Below are positions 23,481 to 34,771 of a DNA stretch of 64,000 bases, one piece after another. A program made the translations under genes and the position numbers. Origin of the DNA: Macrostomum hystrix. Lineage: Eukaryota > Animalia > Platyhelminthes. Below the pieces are notes generated by a model, which saw nothing but the letters and a program-made list of their open reading frames with translations, was not told the origin of the DNA and ran no database searches. Position 1 is the first letter of the stretch, and every line of letters starts with the position of its first letter. The stretch is from assembly GCA_950097015.1 (NCBI GenBank), contig CATNEN010000003.1, positions 3,348,001 to 3,412,000 of the forward strand, written 5' to 3'.

Positions 23481-24212
23481 CTAACCAATAATTATCAAAA
23501 TACCAGTTCCTGCTGGGATTCTAGCTACGACTCCCTGTCACGTTTATTTAGTTTCTAGCGGTGGCTTTTCACACTTTTCCAGATAGCTCCAGTAATAACA
23601 GCTTGTAATACTTACCTGGCCTGAGATTAGGAGGCTGTCTAGCAGTAACCGCTCAGCAACCATCGACTGGAATGTATATTCGATTCCAAGTCACGACCAG
23701 ACGAGCCCATCAATCCAGGTGGATTTGTAAGATTATATACCTTTTATCAGGTGATTCGACAGGCAGAGCACAGCCTCACTCCACACCAAAATCGGAAAGC
23801 ATGCTCGGAGCTGCAGTGATTTGCTAGATTAAGGAGCTAATCCCAGAATAGGAGATTAATCCTACTCTTTGCCATTTGACATCAACGCAGACAGACAATA
23901 TTATTCTTGGATGAGGGCATGTTTTTGGCGAAAATTAATTCGCTTTTCTTCTTAGAAAAGAATCGACACAGGATACGAAATTTGCCAACCATTTTTGTTT
24001 CGCAGGTTGCGTTGAAGGTCACTAGTTCGAATCCCACGGCTAGGGATGGCGTCTTTCTAAGTCCCAAGGAGAAATAACGGTCACTTATCAAGCAAAGCAC
24101 AAATTTTGTTTCATTTTTTTAACATAATTAACGTAAATTAACGTTTGTGTATGTGTGTGTAGAGTTCTATGCTCTAAATTCGTCTTAATACTGGGACCGT
24201 CTTACTGTAATC

Positions 24213-24585
24213 ATAATAATAATAATAATAATTACAGGAGGGCTGCGGGCAGTGGCACATCATTTGGTGACACTAGACCCGCAGCCAGTGAGGAGGCAAT
24301 TCTGCCCATTTCGCTGACTCCTGAGCACACACGCACACAGATACTGTACGCAGGCACACGCTCACACAGGTGTGTACATCTGCCCTGACTTTCTCATCGT
24401 CAGGCAGTGTACACTCTCACTGTGCCTTGGAGGTTGGCCCTCAAGGGCGTAAATTGCATGACAAGCCCCTCAAGCCTTCTCTCCACGGCTGCGCCCCAAA
24501 TAAATGTGGCCTCGCCGTGGAATCGAACTTAGGGACCTTGGTGCGAGAGGCAAACGCGATAACCGCTCTGCCACCGACCCCCCAC
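24213..24585 (-). mobile_element. Family B SINE, full length with (TTA)n tail
   Basis: Reverse complement starts GGGGGTCGGTGGCAGAGCGGTT (A-box)...AGTTCGATTCC (B-box) and is near-identical to 39263-39582. Confidence 0.88.
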
Positions 24586-25224
24586 CGTCTCACTATACTA
24601 TTCAAGTGAATCAGGTGAGCTTGTAGCCAATTTATTAGAGTTTCGAACATCTAACTAGGAGGGTAAGAGATCGATTTTCTAATCAAGGGCGAGCAGTTTA
24701 AATCATTGAGCACGAAACTTAAATCCACATTGATTGAGTCACCCTGTTGTAAAATGAGTTCCAGCAGCAAAACTGAGAGAGACAGACTGAATTGTCAAGC
24801 TGGCCTGCAGGTAGCTTATGGAGAGTAGCGAAGTCAAGTGAAGTGTGAGGGCGTTGTGCTCTGGACTATATATTTAAACATGGTTAGGCTGGACAGACTG
24901 GAGGAGGTTGGCGGTACGATAACAAGAGTGCGCGACTGAGGGTAGGAGAGGAGGCTAGAATGTGAGCGGCGGACCAATCAGAAAGGAGGAAAGAAAGAAA
25001 GGATAGAGAATGAGAGATCAGCCGCAGAGATAACGAGAGAAAGAACTAGATTGAACTGGACGATGTAAACAATAAAAGTGCAGAGAACGAAAGAGTGAAT
25101 AGAGGACAGAAGGCAGAGACGAAAGTCGCGACACAGCATTACCTGGTGGTGTGTAAAAACACTTTGGTTGGCGTGGCGGCTTGCCCCAGTCTTCGGACTG
25201 ATTATAACAATTAATATTACTAAT

Positions 25225-25507
25225 TACACCTGCTCCGATTGGGCCAGATGTGCAGCCGACAGCACAGCCGCAGCTATTGCGCGGCGCGTCTGATGGCGGT
25301 GTACGGCACGGCTGTTCAGTCCATGGACTGGCGGGGACGCCACACCCACCCTCAATTACCCCAGCTGATGCTGGAACCCATTTTACTCATTTAAAAGCAA
25401 TGCAGTGCTAAGTGTCTTGCTAAAAGAGACAAATTGTTCAACTGGAGACGAGAATCGAACCCCCGACCTTCTAGTCGTTAGTCCGACCGACTAGCCACTA
25501 GGCTACA
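25225..25507 (-). mobile_element. Family A CORE-like SINE, full length
   Basis: Reverse complement GTTGTAGCCTAGTGGCTAGTCGGTCGGACTAACGACTAGAAGGTCGGGGGTTCGATTCTC (A and B boxes) plus the shared body and tail. Confidence 0.88.
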
Positions 25508-26375
25508 ACCCCTCCACAAGCTTCAACCCCCTCCACAAGCTTCAACCCCCTCCACTTGGCTACAACCCCCTCCACAAGCTATAACCCCCTCCACTACGCT
25601 ACAACCCCCTCCACAAGCTTCAACCCCGTCCACTAAGCTACAACCCCCTCCACTTGGCTACAACCCCCTCCACAAGCTATAACCCCCATCACTAGGCTAC
25701 AACCCCCTCCACAAGCTTCAATCCCCTCCACTAAGCTACAACCCCCTTCAATAGGCTACAACCCCTCCACTAGTCTACAACCCCTCCACTATAGGCTACA
25801 ACCCCCTCCTGTAGGCTACAACCCCCTCCACAAGCTTCAACCCCCTCCACTAAGCTACAACCCCCTCCACTAGTCTACAACCCCCTCCACTAGTCTACAA
25901 CCCCCTACAATAGTCTACAACCCCCCACAAGCTACAACCCACTTCACTAGGCTACAACCCCCTCCACTAGTCAGTCTACAACCCCCTCCACTAGTCAGTC
26001 TACAACCCCCTAGACTAGTCTACAACCCCCCACAAGCTACAACCCCCTCCACAAGCTTCAACCCCCTCCACTAAGCTACAACCCCCTCCACTAGTCTACA
26101 ACCCCCTCCACTAAGCTACAATCCCCCACAAGCTACAACCCCCTCCACTTGGCTTCAACCCCCTCCACTGAGCTAAAACCCCCTTCAATAGGCTACAACC
26201 CCCACAAGCTACAACCCCCACAAGCTACAACCCCCTCCACTTGGCTTCAATCCCCTCCACTGAGCTACAACCCCCTTCAATAGGCTACAACCCCCCACAA
26301 GCTACAACCCCCCCACAAGCTACAACCCCCTCCACTAGACTACAACCCCCTCCACTAGTCTACAACACCCTCCTC
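25495..26375. repeat. ~20-bp minisatellite (CCACWAGGCTACAACCCCCT)n abutting the SINE head
   Basis: Visible array; the first unit overlaps the SINE 5' end. Confidence 0.93.
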
Positions 26376-27004
26376 AAGGTCACATGGACTTAAATCAAGG
26401 ATCGGAGACAATGGACTAATATCCTAAATTCTAAATAAAACCTACTTTAAGACGCCGTCGGCGTTAAATCCGGTTGAATATGCAGACTCGCACTCAAATT
26501 CCGTAAATCCGGATAGAGTTGTATAATCCTTATACTCGTATTATAGGTGTATTAGCTGACGCACTCTTTAAATCAGTTTTCTAATCCGGCTAATAAAATA
26601 TGAAATCCATTTCGTGATCTGAGATTATTCATATAATTAGCTATTTTAGCACCTCTGGGAGCGGTGCTTTGCAACTTTTGCTTTTAATTAACACTTTAAG
26701 TTCAATTGGTTCTGAAGCCCTATGGTTCAATTTAACTTATTCGTGATTGCAAGTTAAGGTCATTCGAGATTTTATTAGTGGAAATGCACTATTATCTAGC
26801 TACCTATCTGCAGTCCTGTTAATAATTTATGATCAAGTCCATCTATTTTATTCATTAGATTGGAATTCGAGATGCTTAAATTGATGGAATTTAATTCGTT
26901 GCTATTGTAGCATTGTATCATTCTATAATAGAATGACATTCAATTCAATTTTTAAAAAATTCGAATTCCTTTCCACTAAAAGCTAAATGACGATTTTAAA
27001 TAGT

Positions 27005-27117
27005 TGAATTCCTAAAGGACTACTGGCCCAGTTCTATTTTTAGCACAATTATTAGAAATTTGAATTCCTAAAGGACTACTGGCCCAGTTCTATTTTTAGC
27101 ACAATTATTAGAAATTT
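27005..27117. repeat. Perfect ~56-bp tandem duplication
   Basis: TGAATTCCTAAAGGACTACTGGCCCAGTTCTATTTTTAGCACAATTATTAGAAATT occurs twice. Confidence 0.9.
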
Positions 27118-27277
27118 CCAGCCAATGAAAACACCCGACCTTAAGGCACGCGAGAAGTGGATGTCCAAATTGGACAGGATTCGAAGTGGTTAGTCCCATT
27201 TGGTGCCCCGTATTTCGTGTCTTTCAATTTCACTTTGCGAAAAATTCGTTCCTAAAAGGATTTTCCTCTGCACTCCA

Positions 27278-28295
27278 TTGAATGGATTGCTAGTCTAGCC
27301 TCTCAGTGGGTGAAGGAACAGAATGGATTGCTATTCTAGCCTCTCAGTGGGTGAAGGAACAGAATGGATTGCTAGTCTACCCTCTCAGTGGAAGAAGGAA
27401 CAGAATGGATTGCTAGTCTAGCCTTTCAGTGGATGAAGGAAGAGAATGGATTGCTAGTCTAGCCTCTCAGTGGATGATGGAATAGAATGGATTGCTAGTC
27501 TAGCCTCTCAGTGGATGAAGGAAGAGAATGGATTGCTAGTCTAGCCTCTCAGTGGGTGAAGGAACAGAATGGATTGCTAGTCTAGCCTCTCAGTGGGTGA
27601 AGGAACAGAATGGATTGCTAGTCTAGCCTCTCAGTGGGTGAAGGAACAGAATGGATTGCTAGTCTAGCCTCTCAGTGGGTGAAGGAACAGAATGGATTGC
27701 TAGTCTAGCCTCTCAGTGGGTGAAGGAACAGAATGGATTGATAGTCTAGCCTCTCAGTGGGTGAAGGAACAGAATGGATTGCTAGTCTAGCCTCTCAGTG
27801 GGTGAAGGAACAGAATGGATTGCTAGTCTAGCCTCTCAGTGGATGAAGGAACAGAATGGATTGCTAGTCTACCCTCTCAGTGGGTGAAGGAACAGAATGG
27901 ATTGCTAGTCTAGCCTCTCAGTGGGTGAAGGAACAGAATGGATTGCTAGTCTAGCCTCTCAGTGGGTGAAGGAACAGAATGGATTGCTAGTCTAGCCTCT
28001 CAGTGGGTGAAGGAACAGAATGGATTGCTAGTCTAGCCTCTCAGTGGGTGAAGGAACAGAATGGATTGCTAGTCTAGCCTCTCAGTGGGTGAAGGAACAG
28101 AATGGATTGCTAGTCTAGCCTCTCAGTGGGTGAAGGAACAGAATGGATTGCTAGTCTAGCCTCTCAGTGGGTGAAGGAACAGAATGGATTGCTAGTCTAG
28201 CCTCTCAGTGGGTGAAGGAACAGAATGGATTGCTAGTCTAGCCTCTCAGTGGATGATGGAATAGAATGGATTGCTAGTCTAGCCATTTCAGTGGG
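27278..28295 (-). repeat. Second array of the 41-bp minisatellite, inverted relative to 9949-12951
   Basis: Unit GAATGGATTGCTAGTCTAGCCTCTCAGTGGGTGAAGGAACA is the reverse complement of the KIZ-intron unit; about 25 copies. Confidence 0.96.
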
Positions 28296-28360
28296 TTTTT
28301 ACGCTGGCTTATATTGTCAATGTAGGCCAGCGTAACAATTACAATTCATTTAGTTTTAGC

Positions 28361-28709
28361 CACAGATACTAAATACCCTAGATATGTCACTCTTTCATGC
28401 TCGCTCAAACTACTTTCTGGGAAGTAGTATAAAAGACGATTAAAATATTTGTTTTTTCAATCAAGTAAGACGGACAAAAAATACATTTAAACTGTTAAAC
28501 TGTCTTTTCGAAGTCAAGTTTAGAACTGCCTTCAATAAGTGGCATACGGTTTGGAGAGATGTCTATGGTTAATTTAGGAGAGAAAAAAGTCTTAGTATAC
28601 GAGTATAGCGCAAGTAATTTCCGCATCAACTACTGCCCAGAGAGTAGGCAACAAGAATTTTACATGGGGAAGATCGTGAGTTAAATATCTAGGGTATTTA
28701 GTATCTGTG
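28361..28709. mobile_element. MITE with perfect 25-bp TIRs, probably P-element superfamily
   Basis: CACAGATACTAAATACCCTAGATAT (28361-28385) and its exact reverse complement (28685-28709). Flanking 8-mers GTTTTAGC and GTTTTTGG match 6/8 (degenerate TSD). No internal ORF. Confidence 0.8.
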
Positions 28710-28925
28710 GTTTTTGGTTGTTTTTAAAGAAAATACGCCAATTTGGCTACTGTAAGTAAGCTACACTATATACGTGATGTCTCTCTGTACCATTAATAAT
28801 GAAACAAAAAGCAAACCAATTTCGATGCTTTTTCAGATTTTTAGAGCATTATCAAAATCTGATTATGCAAATCATACGAATGATAGAATAACCGATTACA
28901 TAGAAAATAAGTACGTACTATGTGA

Positions 28926-31900
28926 CCAGTGAATCAGTCACAAACCAGTGAATCAGTCACTAACCAGTGAATCAGTCACTAACCAGTGAATCAGTCACTA
29001 AGCAGTGAATCAGTCACTAAGCAGTGAATCAGTCACTAACCAGTGAATCAGTCACTAACCAGTGAATCAGTCACTAACCAGTGAATCAGTCACTAACCAG
29101 TGAATCAGTCACTAACCAGTGAATCAGTCACTAAGCAGTGAATCAGTCACTAAGCAGTGAATCAGTCACTAACCAGTGAATCAGTCACTAAGCAGTGAAT
29201 CAGTCACTAACCAGTGAATCAGTCACTAACCAGTGAATCAGTCACTAACCAGTGAATCAGTCACTAAGCAGTGAATCAGTCACTAACCAGTGAATCAGTC
29301 ACAAACCAGTGAATCAGTCACTAACCAGTGAATCAGTCACTAACCAGTGAATCAGTCACTAAGCAGTGAATCAGTCACTAACCAGTGAATCAGTCACTAA
29401 CCAGTGAATCAGTCACTAAGCAGTGAATCAGTCACTAACCAGTGAATCAGTCACTAAGCAGTGAATCAGTCACTAACCAGTGAATCAGTCACTAACCAGT
29501 GAATCAGTCACTAACCAGTGAATCAGTCACTAAGCAGTGAATCAGTCACTAACCAGTGAATCAGTCACTAAGCAGTGAATCAGTCACTAACCAGTGAATC
29601 AGTCACTAAGCAGTGAATCAGTCACTAACCAGTGAATCAGTCACTAACCAGTGAATCAGTCACTAACCAGTGAATCAGTCACTAAGCAGTGAATCAGTCA
29701 CTAACCAGTGAATCAGTCACTAACCAGTGAATCAGTCACTAACCAGTGAATCAGTCACTAACCAGTGAATCAGTCACTAACCAGTGAATCAGTCACTAAC
29801 CAGTGAATCAGTCACTAACCAGTGAATCAGTCACTAACCAGTGAATCAGTCACTAACCAGTGAATCAGTCACTAACCAGTGAATCAGTCACTAACCAGTG
29901 AATCAGTCACTAACCAGTGAATCAGTCACTAACCAGTGAATCAGTCACAAACCAGTGAATCAGTCACTAACCAGTGAATCAGTCACTAACCAGTGAATCA
30001 GTCACTAACCAGTGAATCAGTCACTAAGCAGTGAATCAGTCACTAAGCAGTGAATCAGTCACTAACCAGTGAATCAGTCACTAAGCAGTGAATCAGTCAC
30101 TAACCAGTGAATCAGTCACTAACCAGTGAATCAGTCACTAACCAGTGAATCAGTCACTAAGCAGTGAATCAGTCACTAACCAGTGAATCAGTCACTAACC
30201 AGTGAATCAGTCACTAACCAGTGAATCAGTCACTAACCAGTGAATCAGTCACTAACCAGTGAATCAGTCACTAACCAGTGAATCAGTCACTAACCAGTGA
30301 ATCAGTCACTTACCAGTGAATCAGTCACTAACCAGTGAATCAGTCACTAACCAGTGAATCAGTCACTAACCAGTGAATCAGTCACTAACCAGTGAATCAG
30401 TCACTAACCAGTGAATCAGTCACAAACCAGTGAATCAGTCACTAAGCAGTGAATCAGTCACTAAGCAGTGAATCAGTCACTAACCAGTGAATCCGTCACT
30501 AAGCAGTGAATCAGTCACTAACCAGTGAATCAGTCACTAACCAGTGAATCAGTCACTAAGCAGTGAATCAGTCACTAACCAGTGAATCAGTCACTAACCA
30601 GTGAATCAGTCACTAACCAGTGAATCAGTCACTAACCAGTGAATCAGTCACTAACCAGTGAATCAGTCACTAACCAGTGAATCAGTCACTAACCAGTGAA
30701 TCAGTCACTAACCAGTGAATCAGTCACTAACCAGTGAATCAGTCACTAACCAGTGAATCAGTCACTAACCAGTGAATCAGTCACTAACCAGTGAATCAGT
30801 CACTAACCAGTGAATCAGTCACTAACCAGTGAATCAGTCACTAACCAGTGAATCAGTCACTAAGCAGTGAATCAGTCACTAACCAGTGAATCAGTCACTA
30901 ACCAGTGAATCAGTCACTAACCAGTGAATCAGTCACTAACCAGTGAATCAGTCACTAACCAGTGAATCAGTCACTAACCAGTGAATCAGTCACTAACCAG
31001 TGAATCAGTCACTAAGCAGTGAATCAGTCACTAACCAGTGAATCAGTCACTAACCAGTGAATCAGTCACTAACCAGTGAATCAGTCACTAACCAGTGAAT
31101 CAGTCACTAACCAGTGAATCAGTCACTAACCAGTGAATCAGTCACTAACCAGTGAATCAGTCACAAACCAGTGAATCAGTCACTAAGCAGTGAATCAGTC
31201 ACTAACCAGTGAATCAGTCACTAAGCAGTGAATCAGTCACTAAGCAGTGAATCAGTCACTAACCAGTGAATCAGTCACTAACCAGTGAATCAGTCACTAA
31301 CCAGTGAATCAGTCACTAAGCAGTGAATCAGTCACTAACCAGTGAATCAGTCACAAACCAGTGAATCAGTCACTAAGCAGTGAATCAGTCACTAACCAGT
31401 GAATCAGTCACTAAGCAGTGAATCAGTCACTAAGCAGTGAATCAGTCACTAACCAGTGAATCAGTCACTAACCAGTGAATCAGTCACTAACCAGTGAATC
31501 AGTCACTAACCAGTGAATCAGTCACTAACCAGTGAATCAGTCACTAACCAGTGAATCAGTCACTAAGCAGTGAATCAGTCACTAAGCAGTGAATCAGTCA
31601 CTAACCAGTGAATCAGTCACTAACCAGTGAATCAGTCACTAACCAGTGAATCAGTCACAAACCAGTGAATCAGTCACTAACCAGTGAATCAGTCACTAAG
31701 CAGTGAATCAGTCACTAACCAGTGAATCAGTCACTAACCAGTGAATCAGTCACTAACCAGTGAATCAGTCACTAACCAGTGAATCAGTCACTAACCAGTG
31801 AATCAGTCACTAACCAGTGAATCAGTCACTAACCAGTGAATCAGTCACTAACCAGTGAATCAGTCACTAACCAGTGAATCAGTCACTAACCAGTGAATCA

Positions 31901-34556
31901 GTCACTAACCAGTGAATCAGTCACTAAGCAGTGAATCAGTCACTAACCAGTGAATCAGTCACTAACCAGTGAATCAGTCACTAACCAGTGAATCAGTCAC
32001 TAACCAGTGAATCAGTCACTAAGCAGTGAATCAGTCACTAACCAGTGAATCAGTCACTAAGCAGTGAATCAGTCACTAACCAGTGAATCAGTCACTAACC
32101 AGTGAATCAGTCACTAACCAGTGAATCAGTCACTAACCAGTGAATCAGTCACAAACCAGTGAATCAGTCACTAACCAGTGAATCAGTCACTAACCAGTGA
32201 ATCAGTCACTAAGCAGTGAATCAGTCACTAACCAGTGAATCAGTCACTAACCAGTGAATCAGTCACTAACCAGTGAATCAGTCACTAACCAGTGAATCAG
32301 TCACTAACCAGTGAATCAGTCACTAACCAGTGAATCAGTCACTAACCAGTGAATCAGTCACTAAGCAGTGAATCAGTCACTAAGCAGTGAATCAGTCACT
32401 AACCAGTGAATCAGTCACTAACCAGTGAATCAGTCACTAACCAGTGAATCAGTCACTAAGCAGTGAATCAGTCACTAACCAGTGAATCAGTCACAAACCA
32501 GTGAATCAGTCACTAACCAGTGAATCAGTCACTAAGCAGTGAATCAGTCACTAACCAGTGAATCAGTCACTAAGCAGTGAATCAGTCACTAACCAGTGAA
32601 TCAGTCACTAACCAGTGAATCAGTCACTAACCAGTGAATCAGTCACTAACCAGTGAATCAGTCACTAACCAGTGAATCAGTCACTAAGCAGTGAATCAGT
32701 CACTAACCAGTGAATCAGTCACTAACCAGTGAATCAGTCACTAACCAGTGAATCAGTCACTAACCAGTGAATCAGTCACTAACCAGTGAATCAGTCACTA
32801 ACCAGTGAATCAGTCACTAACCAGTGAATCAGTCACTAAGCAGTGAATCAGTCACTAACCAGTGAATCAGTCACTAACCAGTGAATCAGTCACTAACCAG
32901 TGAATCAGTCACTAAGCAGTGAATCAGTCACTAACCAGTGAATCAGTCACTAACCAGTGAATCAGTCACTAACCAGTGAATCAGTCACTAACCAGTGAAT
33001 CAGTCACTAACCAGTGAATCAGTCACTAAGCAGTGAATCAGTCACTAAGCAGTGAATCAGTCACTAACCAGTGAATCAGTCACTAACCAGTGAATCAGTC
33101 ACTAACCAGTGAATCAGTCACTAACCAGTGAATCAGTCACTAACCAGTGAATCAGTCACTAACCAGTGAATCAGTCACTAAGCAGTGAATCAGTCACTAA
33201 CCAGTGAATCAGTCACTAACCAGTGAATCAGTCACTAACCAGTGAATCAGTCACTAACCAGTGAATCAGTCACTAACCAGTGAATCAGTCACTAAGCAGT
33301 GAATCAGTCACTAACCAGTGAATCAGTCACTAACCAGTGAATCAGTCACTAACCAGTGAATCAGTCACTAACCAGTGAATCAGTCACTAACCAGTGAATC
33401 AGTCACTAACCAGTGAATCAGTCACTAACCAGTGAATCAGTCACTAACCAGTGAATCAGTCACTAACCAGTGAATCAGTCACTAACCAGTGAATCAGTCA
33501 CTAACCAGTGAATCAGTCACTAACCAGTGAATCAGTCACTAACCAGTGAATCAGTCACTAAGCAGTGAATCAGTCACTAACCAGTGAATCAGTCACAAAC
33601 CAGTGAATCAGTCACTAACCAGTGAATCAGTCACTAACCAGTGAATCAGTCACTAACCAGTGAATCAGTCACTAACCAGTGAATCAGTCACTAACCAGTG
33701 AATCAGTCACTAAGCAGTGAATCAGTCACTAACCAGTGAATCAGTCACTAAGCAGTGAATCAGTCACTAACCAGTGAATCAGTCACTAACCAGTGAATCA
33801 GTCACTAACCAGTGAATCAGTCACTAAGCAGTGAATCAGTCACTAACCAGTGAATCAGTCACTAAGCAGTGAATCAGTCACTAACCAGTGAATCAGTCAC
33901 TAAGCAGTGAATCAGTCACTAACCAGTGAATCAGTCACTAACCAGTGAATCAGTCACTAACCAGTGAATCAGTCACTAACCAGTGAATCAGTCACTAACC
34001 AGTGAATCAGTCACTAAGCAGTGAATCAGTCACTAACCAGTGAATCAGTCACTAACCAGTGAATCAGTCACTAACCAGTGAATCAGTCACTAACCAGTGA
34101 ATCAGTCACTAAGCAGTGAATCAGTCACTAACCAGTGAATCAGTCACTAACCAGTGAATCAGTCACTAACCAGTGAATCAGTCACAAACCAGTGAATCAG
34201 TCACTAACCAGTGAATCAGTCACTAACCAGTGAATCAGTCACTAACCAGTGAATCAGTCACTAACCAGTGAATCAGTCACTAACCAGTGAATCAGTCACT
34301 AACCAGTGAATCAGTCACTAAGCAGTGAATCAGTCACTAAGCAGTGAATCAGTCACTAACCAGTGAATCAGTCACTAAGCAGTGAATCAGTCACTAACCA
34401 GTGAATCAGTCACTAACCAGTGAATCAGTCACTAAGCAGTGAATCAGTCACTAAGCAGTGAATCAGTCACTAACCAGTGAATCAGTCACTAACCAGTGAA
34501 TCAGTCACTAACCAGTGAATCAGTCACTAACCAGTGAATCAGTCACTAACCAGAGA
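28926..34556. repeat. 19-bp satellite (CCAGTGAATCAGTCACTAA)n, ~5.6 kb
   Basis: About 295 highly homogeneous units with three recurrent variants (TAAC, TAAG, AAAC). Confidence 0.98.
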
Positions 34557-34771
34557 ATCTGTGATCTGAAGGGATAAGATACTCTAAGGGATAATATCTA
34601 ATCAAGAAAATTTTTCCAACCCACTAAGGACCAATCGGACGAGTTTTGGCTGCTAATCCCCTACCTAATGATTATAAATAGCAGGTATCTGAATGCATTT
34701 AGCTAATAAATCCTCTCTGGTGCTCAATAAAGTTCCTTCACTAAAAGCTTGTTCATCTGTATACCTGCCAG

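Noticed and set aside
23608-23700. U1 snRNA gene (starts ATACTTACCTGG)
   Set aside because: No U1-70K loop, ATTGCAC loop or Sm site follows; better explained as a minus-strand splice donor.
24015-24050. tRNA genes (also 3690-3725, 18020-18065 and the SINE heads)
   Set aside because: Only B-box/T-arm fragments with no complete cloverleaf; SINE-derived.
9949-28295. Inversion between the two inverted 41-bp arrays explaining GPCR1 orientation
   Set aside because: KIZ exons 6-9 lie inside the interval and remain collinear and in phase with exons 1-5.
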